In this document: piece by piece, positions 15,701 through 31,225 of the stretch | Layout: every line of letters begins with the position of its first letter | How positions within the stretch are numbered: position 1 is the stretch's first letter | Source of the DNA: the human T2T-CHM13v2.0 reference genome, Homo sapiens | Assembly: GCF_009914755.1 (NCBI RefSeq) | Contig: NC_060938.1 | Direction: 5' to 3' (one strand) | Length of the DNA stretch: 64,000 bases | Position numbers and translations under genes: made by a program | Notes under the pieces: generated by a model | Databases searched by the model: none | What the model saw: the letters and a program-made list of their open reading frames with translations, nothing else | Told to the model about the DNA's origin: nothing

Positions 15701-15975
15701 ACAGTATTCTGGAAACCGAAGCCCTTATAGTAAATCAAGAAAATGAGATGTGTAAATATCTGAAAAGATGACAATCACTATTTGCATCTAATATGTTACC
15801 TACTTGGAAAATCCAATTTAAGAAACATGAGTACAGATAAAAGAGGGAGTTTGGATATGTGATCACCATTCACAACTTTTCAACACAGTAAAAAGCAGAA
15901 AATGGAATGGAAGCAAAGGATACTATTCAACTTAGCAACAGGAACTATGAAGTTCTTAGAAATAAACCTGTTATT

Positions 15976-16314
<339 letters not shown>

Positions 16315-16392
16315 TTACAATGTTACTGAATAGCATGTAGAGCTCCTGATGGAGATGGTTATCATATTGGATGGGCAGATTTCATATGTGTG

Positions 16393-17225
16393 TTTTTGAG
16401 ACAGGGTCTTGCTCTGTCACCAGGCTAGAGTACAGTGGTATGATCACAGTGTTACTGGAAAAGGGATCTCCATCTGGACCCCAAGAGAGGGTTTTTGGAT
16501 CTCATGCAGGAAGGAGTTTGAGGCGAGCTGCAGAGTGCAGTGAGAAGAGATCATTTATTGAAAGCCGCTCCACTGCAGAGCAGGGCATCCTCAACAAGCA
16601 AGCAGAGGAACAGACCTACTTTGTTTTTAGTTTTTCTTATATCGAGGTCTTATCTATGTAAAGACCAAGCTGTGCCTACGTGTGGGTGGGCTGACAGCAT
16701 AACAATTTATTATTCTATTGATTAAAAGGAAACTATTTTACATTTTAGTGTGCAAGTACATTAAAGCATCACTATAATTATCTTGAAAGCATATATTATT
16801 GTGGGTGTTGGGACATCTGAACTTCCTTTTCTATGAGTTTGTCCTTGTAGGCATTACCAAGCTGCTTCCTTAGCTGTAAACATCTTAGGTCCGTGGTTGT
16901 GACCTGTAAGGAATGTGCTCTATTAGTCTCAAGGTGGAGTTGAACATAAAATGATGTTATCCTGGCTCTCCTAGACTCCTGCTTCTCTAATCACAGCTCA
17001 CTACAGCCTGGACCTCCTGGACTCCAGCTATCCTCCCACCTCAGCCTCCCAAGTAGCTGGGACCACAGTGGCATGCCACCATGCCTAGCTAATTTTAAAA
17101 AAATTTTTGCAGAGATGGGGTCTTACTGTGTTGCCTGGTGTGGTCTTGAACTGGGCTCATGTGATCCTCCAGCTTTGGGGTCCCAAAGTGTTAGGATTAT
17201 AGGCATGAGCCATTGCGCCCAGCCA
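16393..17225 (-). mobile_element. AluJ split by an LTR
   Basis: Alu runs 16393-16449 and resumes at ~16993. Confidence 0.85.
16450..16992 (-). mobile_element. ERV1 (MER4-group-like) solo LTR
   Basis: TGTTACTGGAAAAGGG...GACCCCAAGAGAGGGTT terminus; ATCACAG repeated at both junctions. Confidence 0.75.
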
Positions 17226-17471
17226 GATTTAACGTTTTAAACATGCCAAGCTTCCCAAAAACAATTCAGTGTTTTTTAAAAAAACAGACTTCATGAATCT
17301 TGAAAATTTCATTTTAAATGTACATAGTGATTCTGGAAATGTATTACTAGTTTACTTTTTAAAAAAAATTACAGACAGGGTCTCACTATGTTACCTAGGC
17401 TGGTCTCTAACTCCTGGCCTTCCTAAGAGCTGGGATCACAGGCATGAGCCACCATACCCAGCCTTTGGCAA

Positions 17472-18003
17472 TGTATTGGTTATCCATTGCTGCATGACAA
17501 ATTTCCCCAGAGCTTAGCAACTTAAAACAGTAAGTATTTTTATCTTAGTTTCCGTAGGTCAGAAATTTGGGAGCTGCTTAGCTGGTGGCTTTGGTTTGAG
17601 ATCTCTCAGGAGCTTATAGTTGAGATAGCAGTCAACACTTCAGTCATCTCAAAGCTTGAGGAAGGCTGGAGACTGCTTCCACGGCAGCTCACTCACATGA
17701 CTGGCGAGTCCATGATAGGGGCTGGCAGGAGGCTCAGCTCCTTACCACGTGGATCTCCCCATAGGACAGCTTCAGTATCCTCAGTATGGGGGCTGGCTTC
17801 CCCCAGAGTGAGTGTTTGGAGAGAGTGAGCTGAAAGCTGCAATGACTTCCATGACTTAACCTTGGAAGTCACACTCCTCTCTTTCTACAGTATCCGTTTT
17901 GGATACACTGGTCATCCTATTTAGTGTGAGAGGGGACGACACAGGGGCATGGATACCAGGAGGTGAGGATCATTGGATGCCATCTTGGAGGACAGCTCTC
18001 ACA
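17472..18003 (-). mobile_element. MLT1 (MaLR) solo LTR
   Basis: TGTATTGGTTATCCATTGCTGC...GCCATCTTGGAGG...CACA termini. Confidence 0.75.
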
Positions 18004-18526
18004 GGCAGTCATTTAGTCTATACGCTTTAAGAAATTATGTACTGAGAAGCATAATAGTGAAATTGTAGAATGCCAGCGACAAAAACCTCAGAAGCAATTT
18101 GAGTGGGAAGACAGAACCTTCAAAGCAGCCACGGGAGCTCGTCACAGTAGAGCAGTAGCATGCCTGTGCTCAGGGGAAGCCATGCTCAGCCTGGAATAGC
18201 AGGCCCAGCAAAAATGGATTATACAAAGGGCTAAGTAAAGTTTTTAAATGATAAAAAAGAGAATTTGCCCCCAGCACACTCTCACCTCAGTTCTGAAGAA
18301 ATGATCTCAAAGCATCATGAAAGTGATGAAAGGTCTGAAATGGATAAAGCATGAGAGGAAGTAGGAAGTGTCTGAGTAAACTGAAACTGACAGTCACTGG
18401 ATGTCACTCATGCACAGAAAAGCAAGGATACAATCAATATATGTACCTGCAATGGCATAAATGTCAAGATGGTGCCTGTGAGTGGAACTAAAGTGTTCTC
18501 AGTTCCTCTGAGAAGAGGAGGGGGGT

Positions 18527-18805
18527 GGGCCATGGTGGCTCACACCTGTAATCCCAGCACTTTGGGAGGCCTAGGTGGGAGGATTGCTTGAGCTCAGCCT
18601 GGCAACATGGCAAAACCCCATCTCTATAAAAAAATCACAAAAAGTTAGCCAGGCATGGTGGCATGTACCTGTAGTGCCAGCTACGTGGAGGCTGAGGCAG
18701 GAGGATCACTTGTGTCTGTGAGGCGGAAACTGCAGTGAGCTGAGATTGCACCACCACACTCCAGCCTGGGCAACAGAGCCAGACCTTGACTCAAAAAAAA
18801 AAAAA
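18527..18805 (+). mobile_element. AluJ
   Basis: Diverged sense Alu. Confidence 0.85.
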
Positions 18806-19931
18806 GATCGAGTTGCTTGTCATCTTTGGAGTTAGATGAGTTTGCCTGCCCTCACATATTACAGCAGAAGAACAGAAGGAGATACGATGGCAGATAGAAT
18901 CGCCGGTACGTCATTTAATTCAGTCAATGAAAACAGACTAAGTGTTCCAGTTAAAAGACAGACATTGTCAGAGTGGGTTGAAAACAACCAAATTCAGCGG
19001 TAGGGTTGTGAACGTGTGCAGCGGTAAGCACAGGAATATTCCAACCGCAGGGTGAAGATGGACACCAAACGGCCGTGCATCAGTTCACATTGCATTTTTC
19101 TGTCAAACAGCAAACTTACCTCGGATTTGGGAATGTGGTTGTGTGGACGCCTGTTGCGTGCAGCCGTGAGCGTGAGTCTCATAGACCTGTTCCTGAGTGA
19201 AAGAGGCAAAAAGGTGACAAAATTATTCATGCCATGTGGCTTTGTTCAGAGTTCAAAAGCATGCAGAAGTAAACAAGATATTGCCAATATTCATTAAAGT
19301 ATAATTTGAAAAAATAAAGATGTTTTAAAATGTTTACTTGGAAAAGGAACCATACAACAATTTTGGAAAATAAGAGCAAGGCCTGGCTTGTCCGCACCAG
19401 CTCCAACAACTAAAACTGTGTGGCCCTGTGGCAGAAGGTGGCAAAGACACCACTGCCTGGACAAGTAACCCGGAAACCAACCTGTGCATAAATGTGGGGA
19501 TTTAATTTATGTTGAGCATGGCATTTCAGAGTAGTGAGAAACAGACCTTTCAATAAGTGGTATTGGGGTGATTGGCTGTATAGTTAGAAGACGGTAGAGT
19601 GCGGGTCCGTCTCTCAAAAAAATGCACACACAAAAAACATTAAACCCAAACCATGTGAGCACTGAGAGAGTATATGAGAGAATATTTGGGATCTGGAAGT
19701 GATAAGTGCCTTTCGTAGGCCAAACACAAAATCCTTGAAGGAAAAGCCTGACAAATCTAACTACAGAGTTTTTAAACATTTCTGTGCAATCAAAGACACA
19801 AAAATGTTAAACGACAGCCTGGAAGAAAATACTTGTAATATTTATAACATTCAAATGTTTACCAACCAGAATCTATGAAGAGATGCTTGAAAGCAATGAG
19901 GAAACTATTTTTAAAACTGGATAGAAAAGTG

Positions 19932-20140
19932 GGCCAGGCACAGTGGTTCACTGCTGTAAATCCCAGCACTTCAGGAGGCCAAGGCAGGAGGATCACTTAA
20001 GGCCAGGAGTTCAAGACCAGTCTGGACAGCATAGTGAAACCCTATCTCTGCAAAAAATAAAAATTAGCCCGGGTGGCATGCCACTGTAGGCTCCCAGCTG
20101 CTCGGGAGGCAGAACAAGACCCTGTATGTTTAAAAAAAAG
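19932..20140 (+). mobile_element. Partial AluJ
   Basis: Left arm plus deleted right arm. Confidence 0.8.
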
Positions 20141-20572
20141 GAGGAAAAAAATGAATTAAGTCTACGTACTTGCAGTTCCTAAAAAAAAAAAAAAGGAACT
20201 AAATGAAACAGTGAAAAAGTTGGCAAAAATTATAAAGGTGGATCTATGTGGAGTTGGTGAGGATGTAAGGAAAGAGTAAGTCTGTTTTATTGGTTTTTCA
20301 AAGAGCCCACTGTGATCATTATTCACCATTTTTAAATTTTAATTTAGTCATTAATCTTTCCTAATTTCATCTTTAAGCTTTCAGACCATTTCTTTTGCTG
20401 TTCTTTTTGTATCTTTTCAAATAATTTGCACGGTCATGGTTTGGGGACCTTTTTCTAAAGACGTATTTAAAGCTCCAGCTTCTCGCAGCACAGCTTTGAC
20501 CATACCTCACGTTTTGGTGTGTCCTGATTTCATCGTTCGTTTCTCAGCCACCATGTCTGGCTAATTTCTTAA

Positions 20573-21172
<600 letters not shown>

Positions 21173-21328
21173 TTGTTTCTTTCTAAATAAATTGGTATTT
21201 CAGTCTTTATTTTCTTTTTCACTCAGGACTTAATTAGAAGGGTGTTTTGGAATGTCCATATCAACAGGAGTGTTTTGTTATCCTTTTGCTATTAATTTCT
21301 AATTGTGTCACTTTGTAGTTGCAGAACC

Positions 21329-21468
21329 CTGTGTTATGGGGGTCTGTCTGCATGGGGGTCCATCTGTGTTATGGGGGTCTGTCTGCATGGGGGTCCATCT
21401 GTGTTATGGGGGTCTGTCTGCATGGGGGTCTGTCTGTGTTATGGGGCTCTATCTGCATTGGGGTCTAT
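21329..21468. repeat. Minisatellite, 35-bp unit x ~4
   Basis: CTGTGTTATGGGGGTCTGTCTGCATGGGGGTCCAT. Confidence 0.92.
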
Positions 21469-21585
21469 TTTGTTTGTGGCCAATTCATGTGCATGTTGAG
21501 CGTGTTTGGGAAGAACATGGATTCTCTGTGAGTTAAAGAGTTCTGTGCATGTTCTCCTGTGTCTGTTGGATTACTCATTACTTAA

Positions 21586-22355
<770 letters not shown>

Positions 22356-22440
22356 TAGCTTTACAGTGACCATGTGGCATCGTGACCGTGGGATGGCCGT
22401 GTTGCCTTTGTGCTGTTTTCCCTGGAGGAAATCATTGTGT

Positions 22441-22495
22441 TCCCCCCTCCTCCCCCTCCCCCTCCTCCTGCTCCTCCTCCTCCTCCTCCCTCTTC
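22441..22495. repeat. (CCT)n low-complexity tract
   Basis: Polypyrimidine CCT/CCCCT runs. Confidence 0.8.
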
Positions 22496-23002
22496 TACGA
22501 ACTGATTATTCTTTCCTAAACCTTCCAACAAATCTAGGACTCTCCTCTCACAGACCCCTGTACATTGGGTCGTCTGGAGCTGTGTTTTCTCCTTGGCACT
22601 GGCCTTCCTGGAGCCCTGGACTGCCAGCAACCAGCCCAGCTGGCAGGGCCACTGAGTAGCCTTCCCCACTCCCTCTCCCCTCCCCCTACAATCCGCCTGC
22701 CTCCTGTCTACAGGACCCCTTGTTTCCTGGGCCCCAGCTTGTTCTCCTTGGTTTATCCTTTGTTTTGGTGGAGTACATCTAGCAGCTTCCTCCAAAAGGG
22801 TTCAGAGGATGTGAAAGTTTTTGAGACTCTAAAGATATGAAAATATCTTTATTCTGCCTGTATGCTTGAATGACACCTTGGTTGGGTGAGATACTAGGTG
22901 GGAAATAATTTTCTTTCAGGATTTTAAGGCTTTGTCCATCACCTTCTAGCTTGCAGCGCTGCTGTGTGGTGGTGCCCTAGACTATTAAGACTTCTTCTTC
23001 TT

Positions 23003-24120
<1,118 letters not shown>

Positions 24121-24689
24121 GAGAATTCACTTCGGGTTTGCATGAATCCCACTCTTAGCATGGCACTGCCTTCTCTCCCCTCTCCCCTTCCCCCTGGTGA
24201 GGGAGGTGGAGGATGGTGAACCTCAGGCTGAGCAGAGTCTGGAGGAACCGTCTCCTGCAGCCCACGTGGGAAGTTCCTTCTTGGGGGATAGAGGTCGTGC
24301 TGGGGACCTCACCTGCTTCTGGCCTTTCCCTGTGGCCCTCCCACAGCTTCTCCAGCTGGTGGTCCCTGCCCTCCAGTCTCCTGTACCCTGCCAGGGGCCC
24401 TCCTCCACTGGCGCTGGTCTTTTGTCTATGGATTCATGATCTTTATTTTCTCCCGAACTCTCTTTATGATCATTTCAGAGGGGTCTGGGGAGAAGGGCAG
24501 TCTGGAGCTGGCCTTAGTCCTGCCTTTCCTGAGGCACGCATCAGTGCTCGAGCTCCGGGGGTTCTCCTGCCGGTCAAGCCGGGGGCCGGCCGTGAGGACT
24601 AAGCGGTCCACAGGCAGCCCTGCTGTACATGAAGCGGGGCAGGTACTGGGTTGGGCGGTGTCCTGGCACAGATGACTGTGCAAAGCCAC

Positions 24690-25330
24690 AGAGGGCCACA
24701 CTGCCTGAGGCCCCGCGCCGGGAGCTGGCGCTGGAGCAGCGGGAGGCTGAGCAGACGGCGCTTTAGAAAGCGCCCGGGGGCGAGCTCTGAGGGTCGGCGG
24801 GTGCTGGGTGGGAGCGGCGAAGGGGAGCTGGCGCCGAGGCCCTCGCCGACCCGCTGCCCTGTCCCCCAGGTGTGCGAGCCGCCGGAACGCAGGCGCCCGG
24901 GCCGCCGCTGGAGCGTCAGCATCGACGAGCGCCGGCGGCTGGCCACGCTGGGCGGCCGGGAGAGGCCGGGCGCCGCCGGGACCCAGCTGCACTGCAGGGT
25001 GCGCGGGGGGCGGGTCCTCCCCGCCCCGTCCCCGCCCCGCCCCGCCCCTCCGCCTCGCCTCCCTCGACTCAGTCCCACTGGGCCCTTTACCCCGGCGCTC
25101 CCGGGCCCCGCCGTTGTCCCCTTCCCGCCCCTCGAGGCTCCCTGACCACCCTCGCCCGCAGGACGTCGTGCAGATGGTAGCCCAGCTGGTGTCGGAGGAC
25201 GTGGACAAGGACGTGCTCCTTCCCCACCCGCTGAGGTCCACCGAGTCCACCAACGCCTTCCAGGCCTTCCTGGCGCGCAGTGCGCCTTTCTGGCATAATG
25301 CGACTTTCGAGGCCTCGAGGTCACCCCCTT
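24690..25330. promoter_or_regulatory. Intragenic CpG island over TEX22 3' exons
   Basis: High CpG density, clustered CCCCGCCC boxes in the 163-nt intron. Confidence 0.75.
24870..24998 (+). CDS. TEX22: TEX22 second coding exon (VCEPPERRRP...LHCR)
   Basis: cccccag|GTG...AGG|gtgcgc; 43 codons; phase 0 to 0. Confidence 0.88.
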
Positions 25331-25335
25331 CCTAA
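25162..25335 (+). CDS. TEX22: TEX22 last coding exon (DVVQMVAQLV...RSPPS*)
   Basis: cccgcag|GAC...TAA; total protein 50+43+57=150 aa. Confidence 0.9.
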   Translation, partial: DVVQMVAQLVSEDVDKDVLLPHPLRSTESTNAFQAFLARSAPFWHNATFEASRSPPS

Positions 25336-26707
25336 GAGCCCCATTCAGCCCATTGTCTGTCTTCCAGTGCCTTTCCTTGGGGGCCCACGGTGGGGGCAGC
25401 CTCTGCGCCTTCTTTGTGCCCCACCAGGGGGTCACCACCCACCCATGTTAGGAAAACAGGCCAGGCAGGACCTGGCTCCGGACAGCCTGCAGCTGCTGAG
25501 GCCTTGGAGACCGGGCTAGGGGCTATGGGAGGCCATCTAGGGGAGGGGAACACTGCCCCGGGTCAGTCTGAGAGGGCCCTGGCAAGGCCTGGGTAGCAGG
25601 AGCTTGCCCTCGGGGCCGCTGGGAGGAGGCCTGGGGTACCTGGGCCTGCCTGAGGTGCACTGGTGTCCTGGGAAGCCCCAGTGGCAGGCGCTGCCTGGAG
25701 ACTCAGCTCCTTGGCTGGCCTGGTCTGGGGAACTGGGTATCTGCCTGCACCAGGCTGTGAGATGGGCCAGGCAGAGTTCTCCAGGGGGCGGGGTCTCACA
25801 TTGGGTCCTGCCTCTGAAGACCCAGAAGGGCACACGGGACCCCAGGGGTGCTGTGGTGGGGAGCAGCAAGCCCAGGGACCCAATGCAGTGCCCAGCACAG
25901 AGGGAGGCTGTCTGGAGGCAGAGATGCCTCCTGGCCTCTGGACAGCGATGCTGGTGGTGGACGAGGGCCAAGAGGGTATCCTGCGCAGGGGGTCTGAGCA
26001 ACTGTGAGGAGCTGGCTGCCGCAGGGGCCTGTGGGACATGGTCCACTGGGTGACTGCCTCGTTTCCAGGCTGCAGGGCCCTCGGAAGGGTGCTGAGCCGG
26101 GGTAACGTGTCCCAGCTGCATTTTGGGGACACTAAGTTGCAGGGGGACTGGATTGGGAGGCGGGGCAGGAGAGCTGTGAGCATGGGTTCCCAGCCCGGGG
26201 TGGGTGGGGGTGGGGAAAGGGCCCTGAACTCTGTGACTGACTGTTAGGGGCCTGACTGGGCTTCTGTGGAGGTGGCTAGGTGGAGGAGGCTTTGGGGCAA
26301 GCGGAGGTGATCACTCCTGGGCTCCAGGTGAGGGCAGGAGCTGGACCTGTGCGGTGGCCTGCACCACCAGATACACTACATGCTGGCTGTGCTGCCCACC
26401 TGGCCTCTAACCCTCCCCTTCCCGCTGCTGAGAAGCCACCTGACTGCACTGCCAGCCACCTGCTGCCCTGACACAGGATCCCTGGCCCGAGTTGAATCCT
26501 CTGCACCTGCCTGTCTCCCCTTCTTACTGTAAGACTCAGTGAAGTTCCCTCCTCCTTCAGGAAGCCTTCCAAGATTACACAGCCAGGTGCTCCCCTTCTC
26601 TCCCAAGTCCTCTGAATGTCATTTGGTGCACCCTAGGGATCCTCTGCATTTCTCAGGAGCCCTAGGGTAGGTGGATGGAGGGCAGATCCTCCAGGGGCTA
26701 GGGCAGG

Positions 26708-26771
26708 TGTCCTTAAGGGTGTGGGGAGTTTTGGGCAGGGCACTGTCCTTAAGGGTGTGGGGAGTTTTGGG
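26708..26771. repeat. Tandem duplication of a 28-mer (period 36)
   Basis: TGTCCTTAAGGGTGTGGGGAGTTTTGGG x2. Confidence 0.85.
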
Positions 26772-27316
26772 TCATGACCCACCCCCTCTGAGGCCCCTGA
26801 TGATGATGTGGGGAATGGGATCCTATGGGCCCAGCTGCATGCCAGGCAGGCATCCCCAGGTGTAAACAGGGCAGAGCGGAGCTGACAGGTAAGCAGTTGC
26901 CATGGGGGTGATGAGCTGGGCAGTCCTCTGTTGCTGAGTGGCTTTAAAGAACCACTCGTTGTTCTGTGACTTGGGGGTTGGCTGGGCTCATCCTGCCAGC
27001 TCTCCTGCTCTCGTTTGAGTGTCTCCTGAGGCTGCAGTCAGAGCGTGGTGGTCCAGGATGCTGGTGATGCTGGGATGGTTGCCCTCTCTGCTCCATGAGG
27101 TCTCCCTACAGAGCACCTCCCCCATGGTGGCAGCAGAGACAAAACCCTGGCCTCCTTCAGGCTGAGGCCCAGAGCCAGTCTCCTGGTGGGTAAGGTGGCC
27201 ACAGGGCCAGCTGGCAGCAGGGTATTGGCACTGAGAGGCACAGGCCTCTCCAACAGAGGTGGTGCCGGGACAGGGGCAGTGCCTGGAGACCGCTTAGGTT
27301 GTCACAACTGGGATTT

Positions 27317-28110
<794 letters not shown>

Positions 28111-28346
28111 GGGGCTGCCGGCACCTGGTGGGCAGAGGCGGCGGCGCTGTGCTGCTCAGGATCCCGCAATGCATGGGCAGCCCCAAACCATGAGGGCCCG
28201 GCAGGAAACCCGGGGGCAGAGGAGGGTGCGTGCGGCGGGAGCGCATGTGAAGCCCACCTTGCAAGGGGAGGGGCGCGCTCTTCGCGGGACGGCAGAGGGA
28301 GGGTCTCTGAGGCGCGTGGAATCAAGGGGACAGAAGAAGCAGTCTC

Positions 28347-28500
28347 GGGAGTGGGAAGGATCCTGGGAGGGGAGTGGGAAGGATCCTGGGAGGGGAGTGG
28401 GAAGGATCCTGGGAGGGGAGTGGGAAGGATCCTGGGAGGGGAGTGGGAAGGATCCTGGGAGGGGAGTGGGAAGGATCCTGGGAGGGGAGTGGGGATCCCC
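28347..28500. repeat. G-rich minisatellite, 23-bp unit x 6+
   Basis: GGGAGTGGGAAGGATCCTGGGAG; GGATCC at 28358, 28381, 28404, 28427, 28450, 28473. Confidence 0.96.
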
Positions 28501-28870
28501 CGAAGTCTCGCAGCAGTAGTGTGGTGCTTAGGCCGTCGCCCCGGCCGCCACTGCGCCTCCCCACCCGCAGGCCTCCGCAGCGCCACGGGCGGCCGCGCGG
28601 GGTAGCGTTTGGGGGCTCCCGGGGACGCGGTCTCCGGCGCGCAGGTCCGCCCAGGGTTGGCCGCGTGGTCCCCCGGGCTTCCCACGCCCGATTCGAATTG
28701 TGACTCCGGCTGGCTCCGGACCGAGCCGAGGACGCTCCGGCACCACAGCAGGAGCCGCGCGGGCGGGGGCGCGGGGCGCGGAACGGGGCGCGGGGCGCCT
28801 GGGAGATGTAGTTCGCGGCCTTCCCCGGCGCACCAGACAATGCCCGACGCGGCCCCGCTGGAGAAACGCC
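28500..28870. promoter_or_regulatory. Intergenic CpG island with GC boxes and a ZNF143/THAP11 motif
   Basis: CpG-dense; 28797-28814 reverse-complements to GAACTACATCTCCCAGGC. Confidence 0.7.
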
Positions 28871-29118
28871 TTCCTTGGCTTTGCAGAAACACCGCTTGCT
28901 ATTAATACAGCAACGAATACAGCTTTAAAAACGCGTCCAGTGTCCTCCCTGGAATAACAGCTGTTAACATTACCTAAAGGTTATCCCAGATATTTCTAAA
29001 TGTATATGGGGAGATAAAAGGATGTAATGGAAATACAGAAATACGTGTCGAGTTGCTACTTATAGACTTTTAAATATTTAAAGAAAAAAATTGCTAAAAG
29101 CAGATGAATGCTTCTTCA

Positions 29119-29609
<491 letters not shown>

Positions 29610-29699
29610 TTACCAGAAGATCAAGGCTCACCGCCAGTATTTGACCCACTGAAAGTCTTTGTTTTGATTTACATCTTTACTGGCTGGACTTAAGATCAG

Positions 29700-29960
29700 T
29701 TTTTGTTGTTGTTGTTAGACAGGGTCTTGCTCTGCCACCCACGCCGCAGTGCAGAGGTGCTATCTCGGCTCACTGCGAACTATGCCTCTCAGGCCTAAGC
29801 TATCCTCCTGCCTCAGCCTCTCAAGTAGCAGGGACTACAGGCATGCACCACCACGCCCCGCTAATTTTTATATTTTTCAGTAGAGATGGGTTTTCACTAT
29901 GTTGCCCAGGCTGGTCTCAAACTCCTGGGTTCAAGTGACCTGCCCAAAGTGCTGGAACTT
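29700..29960 (-). mobile_element. AluJ
   Basis: Diverged antisense Alu. Confidence 0.82.
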
Positions 29961-29994
29961 CAGAGCCAGAGCCCTGGTTTTATACACTTTATTA

Positions 29995-30115
29995 TGTTCC
30001 CCTCCCTGCTAGATTGCAAACCCTCTGAGGGCAAAGGTGCTGTTTCCTTACCCTCCAAGGCCTAGAGTGGCCTGTAGCTTGAAGTAGATGTTTAACAAAT
30101 AATCAATGAGTAAAT
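29995..30115 (+). mobile_element. L2 3' end
   Basis: ctagattgcaaaccctctgagggca...aacaaataatcaatgagtaaat. Confidence 0.6.
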
Positions 30116-30335
30116 TATTGTGTTAATCACTTTGTCTTGCTCTGAAATTATCTCAAGCCTTTCATCTCCAAGTAACTTGATATTCTGCCCTTTGCTGTTT
30201 ATGACTTGATCCAGCCACGGTGCGATTTTGGTGCTTCCGGTTTGCTTGGCTCTTAACTCTTCCTCCCATCCTGCTGTTTTGTCGTCAAGCATTTGAATTC
30301 CTGATTGTTGAATTCATGCTGCTATGAAGCTCTGA

Positions 30336-30752
<417 letters not shown>

Positions 30753-30868
30753 TGACTTGTTTTTCTGTTGTTGAATGACATGGATGTGGTCACGTGCCAC
30801 CTCTCAGCAATGCTCCCACCTCAGCCTCCGGGGATATGCCACTACTTCTGTAGTGCTTTCTGACGTGA

Positions 30869-31225
<357 letters not shown>

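Noticed and set aside
24426-25438. 275- and 279-aa antisense ORFs over TEX22 exons
   Set aside because: Non-ATG starts; CpG-island and coding-shadow artefacts
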